The notes under the pieces are model-generated. The model worked only from the letters and a program-made list of their open reading frames with translations, had not been told where the DNA came from and searched no databases. From NCBI RefSeq assembly GCF_018350175.1, contig NC_058368.1:100380001-100444000 (forward strand): DNA of 64,000 bases. Direction: 5' to 3'. Below, piece after piece: positions 1 to 12,745 of this stretch. The stretch comes from Felis catus (lineage: Eukaryota). Position numbers and translations under genes: made by a program. Numbering within the stretch: the first letter of the stretch is position 1; each line of letters begins with the position of its first letter.

Positions 1-3000
1 TAAATGAGATTGAAGTTTTTGCCTTCATTTGATGTAATTTGTTTTACTAGAGCCTATTTTTCATGTCCAGCAAACAATGGCTTTGGATGAGAGGAAGCTT
101 TGAGCTGTCAGGGAAGGAGAGAAAGCCCCGATGATGCATGAAGTGAGAAGACAATAGGAAAATACCAACATTTCTTGTATAAACCATCACTAAAAATGCA
201 TCAGTAAGGAAAAGGCAGTTAGGTGGCGCTTCCCTGGAAGGCAAAAAAGGACAAGAACACTTATTTTGTAGCTGCTGAACTAACCACTGAAGTTTGGACT
301 TGAGAGCAAGTAACAATTTATCCACTAAGAGCTTAACCTTTTCACTCTGTACTTTCCAAACTTTTCTTGTTTCATACTCATCTTTTTAGTCCCCTAAATG
401 TAACCAACTGCAACTATTTTTAAGCCCCCTTACTACACTCAGTCTTTTGAATTAAAAGAGTTGCCTTTAATAGGAAATCTGCCCTTCATCATAAAGATGG
501 AACACAAAATCCTCCGCTTAGCTATGAGGCCCCAAAAATGAATGGGCTAAAACGCTCTAAGCTTAGCAAATGGCAAAGATACACATTCGACCAAATGTGT
601 TTTAGTCTTGAAAATTATGGACATGTGTCCCGGCAAGGTGAACAGTGCAGCCTCTTCAGGCTGTGAGCTGAACACCGCTGAAATTTTGTGTAACAGGAAT
701 GACCAACCTGGCCCTGGGCAGATGCTAGAATTCACTGGTATCATCCACGAAAGGGCTGTGATAATTTCTCTTTCCCGAAGTGTTGTTATCAAATTCATTG
801 TTGTTGGCTGATTAGAGTGCGCTCAAGTGTTTCTTAATTATGACGCCTGTTTAGGTCTTTCAAAGAACCTAACGTTTCTCACTTTGAAACAAAGGATGAT
901 ACAGTGATTAAGCGTACTAGGTTTGTTTTGTTTTTGTTCTTTCTCCATACCTGCTTCCCGAGATAGACGAGATAGAAGAGAGAGACGCAAAGTCCCGAAG
1001 AGTCCAGGGAAGCCCTAGGACTGGATTTGGCGCCTTTATTTGCCGAGACTTGGAGAAGAGTTGACCCACCCAGTGTCACACATTGTGTCCCTGACAGATC
1101 CTTGCCGATCTCTGTCCGTTGTTCTTCCCATCCTCCATTTATATTATAGTAAGACCCTATCTTACCCTCGTGGATTTTAACATTGCTCAATACCTGGAGT
1201 CAGGATTTTTGGCCTAGTTTTATAATGATAATAAGATGAGTGCAGGTGATAGGGAACACAGAGAAAAGACAGAGCTGTCATTGCCTTAAATTCTGTCTGA
1301 TAACAGGACATTTTAGGATTATGTGCAGTCCAACCGACGTGCTAAGTTTCTCTTGGTTACAAAATATCCTAATAGGTGATATGGGAGACACAGAGATGAA
1401 TATGATCTGGCTCTGCCCTCCAGGAAAGCTTGCCTCCTAATGATTTTCTTCCTGGAATCTATCCAGACCTTTCTGGAAGTGCTAGAGATTCAAGAAAATC
1501 CTGCTCCCGCGACTTTTGGATACCCAACAAAATTACGATGTATGGTTTGGCCAGTAGCATTTTTTGTAGTTCTTTAGCATTCATTCTCCCAGAGACATTT
1601 TTTTTTAACTCAAAAATACATTTCATTTATCCCATGATTAGGTCTGTATGGCTTTATATTTTCTAAGTACATTAACATCACTAAGTGAGGTTAAAAGTAG
1701 GATTCCAGCTTTAGAGAGGAGGGAATAGAACTTGTCTCAAATAGCTGATGATTTTTCCAAAACTGAAACGAAACTTCCTCTTTTCTCTCCACTAAAGTAG
1801 AAGGCGGTTTGACGAATAAGTTCAACTATATCCTGTCTTCTGTAAAGCACGGATTTATAGACTAATTCATTGTAGAACTGTACAATTATTAGAGATGATC
1901 TAGATAGCTAAATCAGTAGCCACTTAAATACACATCTTCTTCCTTGTCATTTAATAATAGGACTTTCACATTCCTTCCTAATAACTTACTCGAATTTAGG
2001 TAAATGAAAGTAGGGTTGATATAATCTATTTGCAAGCCCTCTGACCTGTCCAGTCCAGAGGAGTATAAAGCCAAGAAGTCAATTTTAAAACCTTTTAATA
2101 GCCATGTTATTGACTACTGAGATATTTGAACTGTGGGGTTGTAAGCGAAACTAATGATACAAATATAATTTTTGATATAATGAAAGCACTTGTCAATGGA
2201 TTGTATAGGGTTTTTTTTTTTTTTTCCAATTACTTTAACTGTATTACCAAATAATTAGAACAGAGTTTTGAGGCAAGCTTTCCAGGAATGATGCCCAGAT
2301 GTGAGCAAGCTAATTTTTATCATTAGATTAGAGATAACATTTTAATCCAGCTAGAGCAAAAAATAAAAAAATGTACTTCAATAGAACCTTCAAGAAGCCA
2401 GTGTTATTTACCTTTCTTCATTTTGCCCACAAATTATTTGAAAAGATAGACTACGAATTCTTTGTCATCCATAATATATTACAGCTTTCTGGAAGGTCTG
2501 TGTGAGAAATGCTTTCTAAAGCTTTCTGGGATAAAGTGGCAATCATGGCATCCTTACCGCAAAGAACATCTGTTTACCAGCTCTGCTTTCTTTGACTGGT
2601 TGTAGGAGTGCTTTAGGGAATGAGTTCTTTTTTGTGTCTTGACAGGCTTCTGTGCTCGAGGCCAGACTGCAAAGATAACAGTAGCATGTGCTGGTGTGTG
2701 TGTGTATGTGTTTGCATGTGCGTAGAGCATGCGGAAATCGAAAGCATGGACGCATAAGAATATGTTCTGTTTTAGCAAATAATTGGAAAGTCCTTGGGAC
2801 TTTTACATAATGTGTACATACCCTCCATTTGTAAAAAAAAAAAAAAAATGAGAATAATAATAATAATTTTGCTTTGTCTCCCTTGTAATTAAGTTCTCAA
2901 TTTGTAGACATGTGTTACGTTTTTGACTAAAATAATGCATTCAGAGTGGCACCTTGGAATAATGACCACCATATTCAAACAATTCTATTTGTGTCTTATT

Positions 3001-3151
3001 TGTAGAATATTGTGAAAAGAGGAAGTATCGTAGGCTTTTTTGCCTGAAATAAAACTGTCAAGTTCTTTAAGGGAGGGAAAAAATTGAATTTGGGAAACAT
3101 TCTTCCTAATTTTTCCCCTGATACCATTTTTTATTTAAAAAATAAAGATGA

Positions 3152-3470
3152 GGGGCACCTGGTGGCTCAGTTGGTTAAGTGTCTGACTTCAGTTCAGGTC
3201 ATGACCTTGGCTTCATGGATTCAAGCCCCATGTTGGGCTGTGTGCTGACGGCTCAGAGCCTGGAGCCTGCTTTGGATTCTGTGTCTCCCTCTCTCTGCCC
3301 CTCCCCTGCTTCTGCTCTCTCTCTCCCTCTCTCTCTCTCTTTCAAAAACAAATATTAAAAAAAATTTTTTTAAAGGCATCCTTCTCTCTCTGCCTCTCCC
3401 CCACTCACGCTTTGTCTGTGTCTCTCAAAAATAAATAAACGTTAAAAAAATTTAAAAAAATTTTAAATAA
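3152..3470 (+). mobile_element. CanSINE followed by a second CT-rich/A-tail 3' segment
   Basis: GGGGCACCTGGTGGCTCAG head, (CT)n and A tail to ~3364, then a second tail at 3381-3470. Confidence 0.9.
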
Positions 3471-3734
3471 AAATGAAAGCATTTCCCTTCCTATTTTGAC
3501 TTTTTTCTCAGCCTTTGAATATTCAATATTACCAAGCATGTAATGAGCAAACCAAATTATAGATAATTTCCTTTACCTCTTAAGTTAAAAGTGATTTTCC
3601 ATATTTAAATGCTGCAAATATTAATTATTGGTTATGTTCATATTTTAAGTTTCTTGGATTCCCTCCCTTATTTTAAATTCCAAGGGACTGTGTCTGTCTT
3701 TCAAAATACTTTAACAGTTGAGATACAATTGAAA

Positions 3735-3960
3735 AAAAATTTTTTTAACTAAAAAAATTATTTTAGTGTTTATTTATTTTTGAGAGAGATCGAGCACAAG
3801 CATAGGAGGGGCAGAGAGAGAGGGAGACACAGAATCTGAAGCAGGCTCCAGGATCCGAGCTGTCAGCACAGAGCCTGATGTGGGGCTCGAACTCACGAGC
3901 AGTGAGATCATGACCTGAACCTAAGTTGGACGCTCAACTGACTGAGACACCCAGGCGCCC
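3735..3960 (-). mobile_element. CanSINE
   Basis: Reverse-strand head CCAGGCGCCC; TSD-like TACAATTGAAAAA / TACATTTGAAAAA. Confidence 0.92.
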
Positions 3961-4408
3961 TACATTTGAAAAAGTTTTAATTTCCATGTATTTTATATGT
4001 TGCTTAAAGAAATGTGAAACATGGAAACTACTATTTACAAAGTTTATTTCTTCGTATTAAGATACCTTTGTTCATTAAAGGAAAAAAAGATACGTAAACC
4101 TGGCTTTCGTTTTCTGGGACATTGTAGTCTAGGGAATTATGGTTGTTCATTACCTTGATGTTCTTGAATAAGTGGTACGGTAAGCCTTCAACATCTGAGT
4201 CCTCCAGTTCAGTTACAAGGTGAGCTGTCATAAGAGGAAAAGGTTCACTGAAGAAACAACTAGTTAAAAAAGTAACGTTCTAAAACCACATCAAGTTAAT
4301 GTCTCTTTTAATCAGTTTTGGAGTGATTGTAAGACACAACAATTTAATGAAAAAAGTCCGAAGCTAAAATAGTGCACATACATCAAAGTACGTTGGTTGC
4401 AAATATGA

Positions 4409-4533
4409 TTTATTTGTTTATTGGTAAAGGTTTTATTTATTTTTTTAAGTAATTACACCCGATGTGGGGTTCGAACTTACAATCCCACGATCAAGAGTTG
4501 CATGCTGTACTGACAGAGCCAGCTGGGTGCCCC
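4409..4533 (-). mobile_element. Short older CanSINE (tRNA-like part plus tail, no CT tract)
   Basis: Reverse of GGGGCACCCAGCTGGCTCTGTCAG...GTTCGAACCCCAC with a T-rich tail. Confidence 0.75.
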
Positions 4534-4739
4534 TGCCAGTATTCTTTAGTTCAAAGAAATTAATGTTGAAAAATGGCATGAGTCACATGTAAATACACTG
4601 ATAAATGAGGACCCATCAGAGTTATACCAATGAACAGTTTAAAATGAGAGAACAAAAATGGATGAGGACATAAGTTAGTTGTTTCATATGAGAATTATTT
4701 GGGAATCAAGGAGTAAAAGAAACTCTTGTAGGGGGTGCG

Positions 4740-4863
4740 GGGTGCGCCTGGATGGCTCAGTCACTTGAGCATCCAACTCTTGATTTTGGCTCAGGTCATG
4801 ATCCCAGCACCATGGAATCCAGCCCGACATTGGGGACTGTGCCATGCGAGGAGTGTGCTTGAG

Positions 4864-4915
<52 letters not shown>

Positions 4916-4996
4916 CCCTCTGTCTCTCCCCTCCCTCCGTCTAACCCCCTCCCCCACTCACACAGGCTCTCTAAAATAATTTTTTAATATAATAAA
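4740..4996 (+). mobile_element. CanSINE with long (CT)n
   Basis: GGGTGCGCCTGGATGGCTCAG head; (CT)n at ~4866-4905. Confidence 0.88.
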
Positions 4997-5409
4997 GACA
5001 TTCTTGGGAAAATTAATGACATTTTTGAGAATTCTTTGCAATTCTAGCCAGTTCTAATTCAGGCAGAACTGTTGTCTAATTTTGTCAGAAAAGAAAAATT
5101 TTGTCCGGAAAAATCAACCCTTGTTTCAATCTTTGCTCCAGTTCATAGCCACAATAATAGCTTAAACTTCTGGTACAATTTTTAATGAATTTATTTACAA
5201 TAAACCAACATGATATTTTTCACTATTTTCCTGAAAAAGTGGATTGGCCTTCTCCTGTTGCCAATTTTCCTCTCATAATGAAAACCTCCTCTATAAAGCC
5301 ACCACTCTAAATTCTCTTTCACCTGTAATTATGAATAGAATGTGCCTCAGTTGACCCCTGCATTTAAAACCCTAAGTATTTATTTGTCTCTTAGAATGTT
5401 AATTTAGCA

Positions 5410-5791
5410 CAGTGAGTCTCAACTCTGGTCACTTTAAAAATACTTGGGTGGCGCCTGGGTGGCTCAGTCGGTTAAGCGGCCGACTTCAGCCCAGGTCATG
5501 ATCTCGCGGTCCATGAGTTTGAGCCCCGCGTCGGGCTCTGTGCTGACAGCTCAGAGCCTGGAGCCTGTTTCAGATTCTGTGTCTCCCTCTCTCTGACTCT
5601 CCCCCGTTCATGCTTTGTCTCTCTCTATCTCAAAAATAAATAAATGTTAAAAAAAAAATTAAAAAAAAATACTTGGGATGTCTTTTAAAATACTGATGCC
5701 CTAGCTGCTCTCTTAAATGAGAACCTCTGAGGGGGTAAAGCTTGAGGTGAACTCTTTAAAGCTTCCCGTGAGATTCTAGTGAGTACCACTG
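5410..5791. mobile_element. MER5-like hAT MITE interrupted by a CanSINE
   Basis: CAGTG...CCACTG ends and an internal TTTTAAAATACTGATGCCC segment resembling MER5. Confidence 0.55.
5446..5669 (+). mobile_element. CanSINE (feline type)
   Basis: Full-length element with TSD AAAAATACTTGGG. Confidence 0.93.
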
Positions 5792-5965
5792 AAGGTACAC
5801 CACAAAGGTATGAAAACTTCCAACAGTTAGCTTTACAACCAGAGAAAAGATAGGATATGATTTTTTTCCCCTTCATACCTTTTTTAATACATCAAAAGCT
5901 TCTAAGGTTTTCCCTTCTGTTCTAAGTCAAATTTGAAAAAGCTATGATAGCATATTAGGTCTCTA

Positions 5966-6190
5966 TTTTTTTTTAATTTTTGTAATGTTTATTTATTTTT
6001 GAGAGAGAGACAGACAGACAGAACATAAGCAGGGCAGGGGCAGAGAGAAAGGGAGACATACAACCCGAAGCAGACTCCAGGCTCTGAGCCATCAGCACAG
6101 AGCCTGATGTGGGGTTCAAACCCACAAACCACGAGATCATGACCTGAGTTGAAGTCGGACGCCCAAACAACTGAGCCACCCAGGAGCCCC
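5966..6190 (-). mobile_element. CanSINE
   Basis: Full-length reverse element with TSD TATTAGGTCT. Confidence 0.92.
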
Positions 6191-6254
6191 GCGTATTAGG
6201 TCTTTATTGACAAGAGAGAGAGCAACATAACTCATTTCTGTATTTTGAGTGTCT

Positions 6255-6451
6255 ATTTTATTTTTGAGAAAGAGAGCGAGCGAGCGAGAGAGAACGAGTA
6301 GAGGAGGGGCAGAGAGAGGGGGACAGAAGATCCAAAGCAGGCTCTGTGCTGACAGCAGAGAGCCCAGTGCAGGACTCGAACCCATGACCATGAGATGATG
6401 ACCTGAGTTGAGGTCGGATGCCTAACCAACTGAGCCACTCAGGTGCTCCCC
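6255..6451 (-). mobile_element. CanSINE
   Basis: Reverse element; TSD CATTTCTGTATTTTGA / CATTTCTCTATTTTGA. Confidence 0.92.
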
Positions 6452-9084
6452 ATTTCTCTATTTTGAAAGGTCCTTCTTTAGTTTGTCTTCTCTCCTGCAT
6501 TTGCTGTCTTTAGAGAAAGCATCGCAGTACTACTTGTTTTTGTGAGAGTGAGGACCTTGCAGGCAGGACCTCTGCAGACTCCTCACACCTCCACCTTTCC
6601 CATTTCCTCTGCTCTGCCATCCCATCATGCAGCCTACTCAAGCCACCCAAGTGTACCCTCTCTTTCCTAAACTTGTGGTGCTTCATCCAGCCATAAGGCT
6701 TTTGATGGAACTCTTCCTTAGGCATGGCTGTCTTGCTCATCTGCCTATCACAGCCCTCCTGGTCAGCCTCTAGAACACCTCCCAACTTCCGCAGCCTTTT
6801 GCACTGCTATCAGCTGAATGTTCTTTATTAGAAAGAGCAACTTTAGAAAGGCATCATTATTCCCTCCAAGCGAATTACACTTCGCTCATACTAGAGAGAC
6901 AGTAGTTCTTAAATAGGAGATGACAGGGAAGGACAAAATGGTGGGGAGAATCTCAAAGTTGCATTCAACTAGAGTGGAAGTTTACTCTGTGTCAAGATGT
7001 ATTTTCTTGGTCATGTTGTATTTTTGCATTTAGAACAAGTTAACCATGGAAGTGTATGACGTTAGGGGTCTATCCTAACTGAAAGACTTGTAAATATGTA
7101 AATATGTTTGCATTTAATATGTTTTAGAGGAAGGAGATAGCAGAGGTAATTGTGTAAGTTCCCTTCAAAAACAGAAGATAGTTTCTTTCTTAATTCAGTT
7201 TCAGCTAATGGATTTTTCAAAAACTGGAATGATAGAATTCTTTAATATTCTTATTTTATTTTGGTGCACAGTGAGTGGCTCTGATAGTTTAGATTCGTGT
7301 GCATTCCTTTTGTGCCCAAAGAATAATGCCTTCGAAAGGGTTTATAAGGATTAGAGTTGAGCTTGAATCGTTGTTGATTACTAGGAAAGTTGTATAAATC
7401 ATCTTTGCGTTTTAGCTCAGACTCTGACTCACAGCTCATCAGTGACCGATCTTAATTATGTGGGTTTTGGGCAACAACCATATCATTTTAGGTTTTTTTG
7501 AGTTATGGGTGCCCCCAAAGCATAGAGGTCGCATAATATGTATGATAGGGCTAGGAGACAGGCCTCAAATCGCTCTGTGATAAAAAGGTGGACCCCAGAG
7601 GGGAAGGTGGAATGAAGAGAAGGCACAAGATGAGATCTCCCACAGTGAAGTTGGGAGAATAGATTGGGGCGGTACCAAAGGATTTCTTGATGCTTAACAG
7701 AAGCCAGAACACCAAAGATCATGGAATAGCTAAGACATTCAGTATTTATTCTTGCTTACAGTGTTGAGTGCTGTTTACTTTCTTTAATCCTAAAAAGCCT
7801 TGTTAGACACATTAACTATGGGTCTAGCGCATCAGTTACGGTAACCTAGATTTTATTTTACTCCATGTGTGCTACAGCTCCAACGTTTTTCTGCTGATTC
7901 AGCCCATGTACTTTTGTGTCTTCTTGATATAAAGTGTCCCCCCCTTTTCATGTTTGGTCGCCCTGTCTAAATTCAGTTTGGCGATATCTTCCGTGCTCAT
8001 TTTATATCTTCTTTTCCCCCACTAATAGATGTGCTTTTTGATTCCAGAGGTTAATTAAGAATGTGAACTAATTAAAGACATATTATTTCTTCTGTAGCGG
8101 TTTTGCACTTAGCGTGACCAGTAAGCAGCTTTTTTATGTTTTGCATTTAATGTCGTTAGGACCCAGACAGACTTCAATAAAGGGCACTCATCAGCAGGAT
8201 GCCACATCTTCTATGTTTGTGCCCAGCTGGAGCTAGGATGTTTGTCCTGACCTCATCGAGAAAGACTGACTGCTTAGCAAACTTGGCCAACCATAGTTCG
8301 AACCAAAAGAGTTTGTATACAGTCTGTTGGCTGCATAACAGAAGACCAAATGATTGTCTTGCTCAGAAAGAAGGGTCTGTCAGTGATGATGACTTCTTGT
8401 TTCCCAAAAAGCATGACACTGTGATCTCATCCACTGATACCCTCCCGGACGCAGGCCATGTCTGATTCATCTAATGTCTGTGTTGGAAGCAACAAGGTTT
8501 ATGAACGATTGGCAGAATGCAGTTTTCAAAATCTTGGATGCTCATTGTTTGTTAATGGCATTCTCAGAAACGTATTAATTTGGTACATATAGTATTTTCC
8601 ATGAAAGTCATTTCTTATCTTTTTGTCTCTGTTCCTCTTCTCAGATTTCATCCAAACCCTCCCAGAAAAGTGAGTTCCTTGCATGTCACTTCTGCCTTGT
8701 CATCAAAGATTACACTGCTGCTTGTATAAAAATCTCAAAGGCCTTTACACAGTTTCCAGTGATTTTTTTTTAAAAAAACTGTATGTTTTCGTTAAGACTT
8801 CTTTTTAAAAATGCCCATAGATTTAACAGTTGCTTTAAATTATTGGAGTTTCTATTGGGCTCTCATTAATAGGGTTAAAATCTACTTTTTTGGCTAAGTT
8901 GGCTTCTGTGATTACTGAGTTTTCTACTTCTCTTCCTGAAAGACAAATTGCAAATATGAGAGTCCAGCAATTTTTTGATTTGTGAGATTCTGTTGTATAA
9001 CAAACAACAGAAACCTTTCTTCATGGTTCTATATAGATGTGGGAAAATGGTTCCTCACTACACAACAGGTTTTGGGGAGTTTTC

Positions 9085-9531
9085 TTTTTTTCTTTTTTTA
9101 ATTTTTTAATTTAATGTTTATTTGTTTTTTTTTTCAACGTTTATTTTTTTTGGGGGGGGGACAGAGAGAGACCGAGCATGAACGGGGGAGGGGCAGAGAG
9201 AGAGGGAGACACAGAATCGGAAACAGGCTCCAGGCTCTGAGCCATCAGCCCAGAGCCTGACGCGGGGCTCGAACTCACGGACCGCGAGATCGTGACCTGG
9301 TTGAAGTCGGACACTTAACCGACTGTGCCACCCAGGCGCCCTTAATGTTTATTTGTTTTGAGAGAGACAGAGAGACAGAGAGTCAGAGCGTGGGCAGGGG
9401 AGGGGCAGAGAGAGAGGGAGACACAGAATCTGAGCTGTCAGCCCAGAGCCTGACGCCGGGCTATAACTCATGAGTCATGAAATCATGACCTGAGCCGAAG
9501 TCGGACACTCAACCGAGCTCCCCAGGCACCC
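9085..9531 (-). mobile_element. Nested CanSINEs: young element 9125-9341 inserted in the tail of an older one
   Basis: Inner element flanked by TTAATGTTTATTTGTTTT at 9111 and 9342. Confidence 0.92.
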
Positions 9532-9588
9532 TTGGGTTTTGGAATTAAAAAAAAAAAAGTTTGTAATCTCTTTAAAATTTCAGATTGC

Positions 9589-9825
9589 TTTTATTTATTT
9601 ATTTTATTTATTTATTTATTTTCAACATTTATTTATTTTTGGGACAGAGAGAGACAGAGCATGAACGGGGGAGGGGCAGAGAGAGAGGGAGACACAGAAT
9701 TGGAAACAGGCTCCAGGCTCCGAGCCATCAGCCCAGAGCCTGACGTGGGCCTCGAACTCACGGACTGTGAGATCGTGACCTGGCTGAAGTCAGAAGCTTA
9801 ACCGACTGCGCCACCCAGGCGCCCC
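9589..9825 (-). mobile_element. Young feline CanSINE
   Basis: TSD CAGATTGCTTTT; CpG-rich body. Confidence 0.93.
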
Positions 9826-10020
9826 ACCCAGATTGCTTTTAAAAATATATTCAGTTTATTTGATATTAATGCATTACGTATTAATATAAACAACATACAC
9901 TATTATTTTGAAATAAGATTTGACCTCATGGAATCCTATTCTATTGAAAGACAAAACTTGGAAAGTAAATATTATTTACCCTGGTTAATATATCTGAGTC
10001 TGGAAACAAGGTTTCAGAGA

Positions 10021-10249
10021 TTTTTTTTTTTTAATTTTTTTTTTCAACGTTTATTTATTTTTGGGACAGAGAGAGACAGAGCATGAACGGGAGAGGGGCA
10101 GAGAGAGAGAGGGAGACACAGAATCGGAAACAGGCTCCAGGCTCTGAGCCATCAGCCCAGAGCCCGACGCGGGGCTCGAACTCACGGACCGTGAGATCGT
10201 GACCTGGCTGAAGTCGGACGCTCAACCGACTGCGCCACCCAGGCGCCCC
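10021..10249 (-). mobile_element. Young feline CanSINE
   Basis: TSD TCAGAGATTTTT; most CpGs intact. Confidence 0.93.
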
Positions 10250-10452
10250 TCAGAGATTTTTAAAAATTTTAGAAAAGTTCATGGCTCAACTTTGATATTT
10301 TATTTCCTTGGTTTACCAATTAACATTATTATCTACAAAATCAAAGATTATTCTTTACTTCCTTTTTGATTTTCCTAGATATCAAAATTTTTTTTGTCTA
10401 AGAAGTACTTTATTTTGACCTTACTATATCTGATCAAAAGTTTCTCACTTTT

Positions 10453-10683
10453 GGGACGCCTGGGTGGCTCAGTCGGTTAAGCGTCCGACTTCAGCTCTGG
10501 TCACGATCTCACGGTCCGTGAGTTCGAGCCCCGCGTCAGGCACTGTGCTGACGGCTCAGAGCCTGGAGCCTGTTTCGGATTCTGTGTCTCCCTTTCTCTC
10601 TGACCCTCCCCCATTCATGCTCTGTCTCTCTCTGTCTCAAAAATAAATAAACGTTAAAAAAAATAAAATAAAATAAAATAAAA
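10453..10683 (+). mobile_element. CanSINE with (AAAAT)n tail
   Basis: TSD GTTTCTCACTTTTG. Confidence 0.93.
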
Positions 10684-11104
10684 TGTTTCTCACTTTTGAA
10701 AGAGCTAAGTTTCTTTTTTAATTTCATTATCATTTTTGACTATTTTAAGATGTTTCTTATTACTTAGATTGAGTGAGGAACCAAATATTATTTGAAAGTC
10801 ACCCATGATCCTCTCTTAATGAAATGTGTACATTTCCTTGAAACCTTTCTGAATTCCCCAATTGAGATTGTAAATACAGAAAAATAAATAAATTGCAAGG
10901 ATATCTTTTATACCTAAAACAACTTTTGAGATTTTGTAGTCATGGGAAATATCCCAAAGATCTATACTTTCATCTTAAAATACAGAAATACTAGAAATAG
11001 TTTTGTTTGGAATGTTACTCTTGTAAAAGTTCATGAGAAGAGTTGTCTAGGAAGAATAACTTGTCAGCCTTCCTATGTTATAACTATATAAATAAATTGT
11101 GATT

Positions 11105-11239
11105 GGGGTACCTGGATGGCTCAGTCAGTTGAGCATCTGACTCTTGGTTGTGGCACAGGTTGGAATCTGCTTGGGATTCTCTCTCCTCGCTCTCTGACCC
11201 TCCCCCCTTTCTCTCTTAAAAAATAAACGTTACAAAAAA
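11105..11239 (+). mobile_element. Internally deleted CanSINE
   Basis: Head and CT/A tail present, middle missing. Confidence 0.8.
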
Positions 11240-11319
11240 TTTGTATTAACGTAAATATTTCAGAACTTTATGCTGTATGGGAAGTCCCTGGATATTTGTC
11301 AATTCCCCCACTTACCATA

Positions 11320-11662
11320 TTTTTAATAAACTTTGGTTTTTTTAGAGCAGTTTTAGATTCACAGCAAAATTTAGAGGAAGGGTACAGAGATTTTGCAGAT
11401 ACTTCTTGCTTCCACACATGCATGGCCTCCCGTTATCAACATCCCCCAGCAGAGTGATACATTTGGTACAATTGGTGACCATACGTTTGCACATCATTTT
11501 TTTTCCCAAAGTCCATAGTTTAGTTAGGGTTCACTCTTGGTATTGGATGGTTTATGGGTTTTGACAAGTATGTAATGACATGTATCTACCCTTACAGTAC
11601 CATACAGAGTAGTTTCACTGCCCTATAAATTCTCTGTGTCTTGACTATTCCTTCCTCCCTCC
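11320..11662 (-). mobile_element. L1 3' end fragment (older mammalian L1M type)
   Basis: AGCAGTTTTAGATTCACAGCAAAATT...GTTATCAACATCCCC; similar to the start of the L1 at 23180. Confidence 0.8.
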
Positions 11663-12059
11663 AGATACTTTTTCTTGCCCACTCTGAACCTTATGAAAAA
11701 AAATCAAGTGTTTTAATCTTCACAGTTATAAGCCAAGAAAAAAAAAAAAAAAACCACTGTGGGCAGATGACAGAACATAAGACAACTTTGAGTTCCTTGA
11801 AAAGAGGGTATTAGTCTAGCCTTCCAACAAATATTTCCTTTTGTTGTCATTGTGCATTTGAATTATAGGCTGCTCAAAAGCACCTTGCTTTACAAATAAA
11901 TATATGGTTAACCATAGTTTATATGCCGTGGCTCTAACTTGAACAATCTATTAGAGCTGTAGACTATTGGGAACTTGATTGAGAACAGTTCTGGAATCAT
12001 CAGCAGCTTCCAGTCACTCATTACCAGTTGATATAGAGGCCCATCTCCATGGGAAATCC

Positions 12060-12345
12060 TTTATTTTTATTTTATTCTTATGTTACGTTATGTTACGTTA
12101 TGTTATGTTACGTTACGTTATGTTATGTTACGTTACGTTATGTTATGTTACGTTACGTTATGTTATGTTATTGAGAGAGAGGGCGAGAGCACGAGAGGGG
12201 GAAGGGCAGAGGGAGAGAGAGAGAATCTTAGGCTCCACGCCAAACACAGAGCCCAACATCGGGCTCGATCTCACAACCCTGAGATCCTGACCTGAGCCGA
12301 AATCAGGAGTTGGAAGCTTAACTGGCTGAGCCACCCACGCGCTCC
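12060..12345 (-). mobile_element. CanSINE whose tail has become a (TGTTA/CGTTA)n pentanucleotide repeat
   Basis: TSD TGGGAAATCCTTT; repeat at ~12078-12172. Confidence 0.92.
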
Positions 12346-12529
12346 TTTGGGAAATCCTTTAATCCACTTGTAAACAAAGATGATGTTGCCTAGGCTTTGC
12401 TTGTAGCTCTTTTTATTACTATGATCAGTTGTATTGCCCTAGATGTTTTCAAAAGTTATTTTTCTTGTATATTGGGTTAGTAATTAGCAGCAGAATTTTA
12501 GAGCTGGAAGGAATGAACAGTTACATACA

Positions 12530-12745
12530 CCAGTGTGGCTGAATTTTCCAAACATTATGTTGAGCAAAAGAAGCCAAAATACTGTGATACTGTGTGCTTC
12601 CACTTATATAAAGTCAACACGGCCACCCGCCTGATTGTGTGGGAATTCAGGAGAGTGGGGAAGGGGCAGTGACTGAAATGGGACAAGGAGAGAATTTCAG
12701 CTTGTGAAGATTCATTAACCGTACAGCTTTGATTTGTGTACTTTA
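12530..12745 (+). mobile_element. Old L1 3' UTR fragment
   Basis: AAACATTATGTTGAGCAAAAGAAGCCA...TACTGTGTGCTTCCACTTATATAAAGT. Confidence 0.6.

Noticed and set aside
9532..9801. 89-aa ORF and similar ORFs reading MAQSVKRPTSAQVMIS... or FIYFWDRERQSM...
   Set aside because: They are translations of CanSINE bodies that recur at many SINE copies; not genes.
11979..12295. ORFs with repeated LCYVMLRYV
   Set aside because: Translation of the pentanucleotide microsatellite and SINE.
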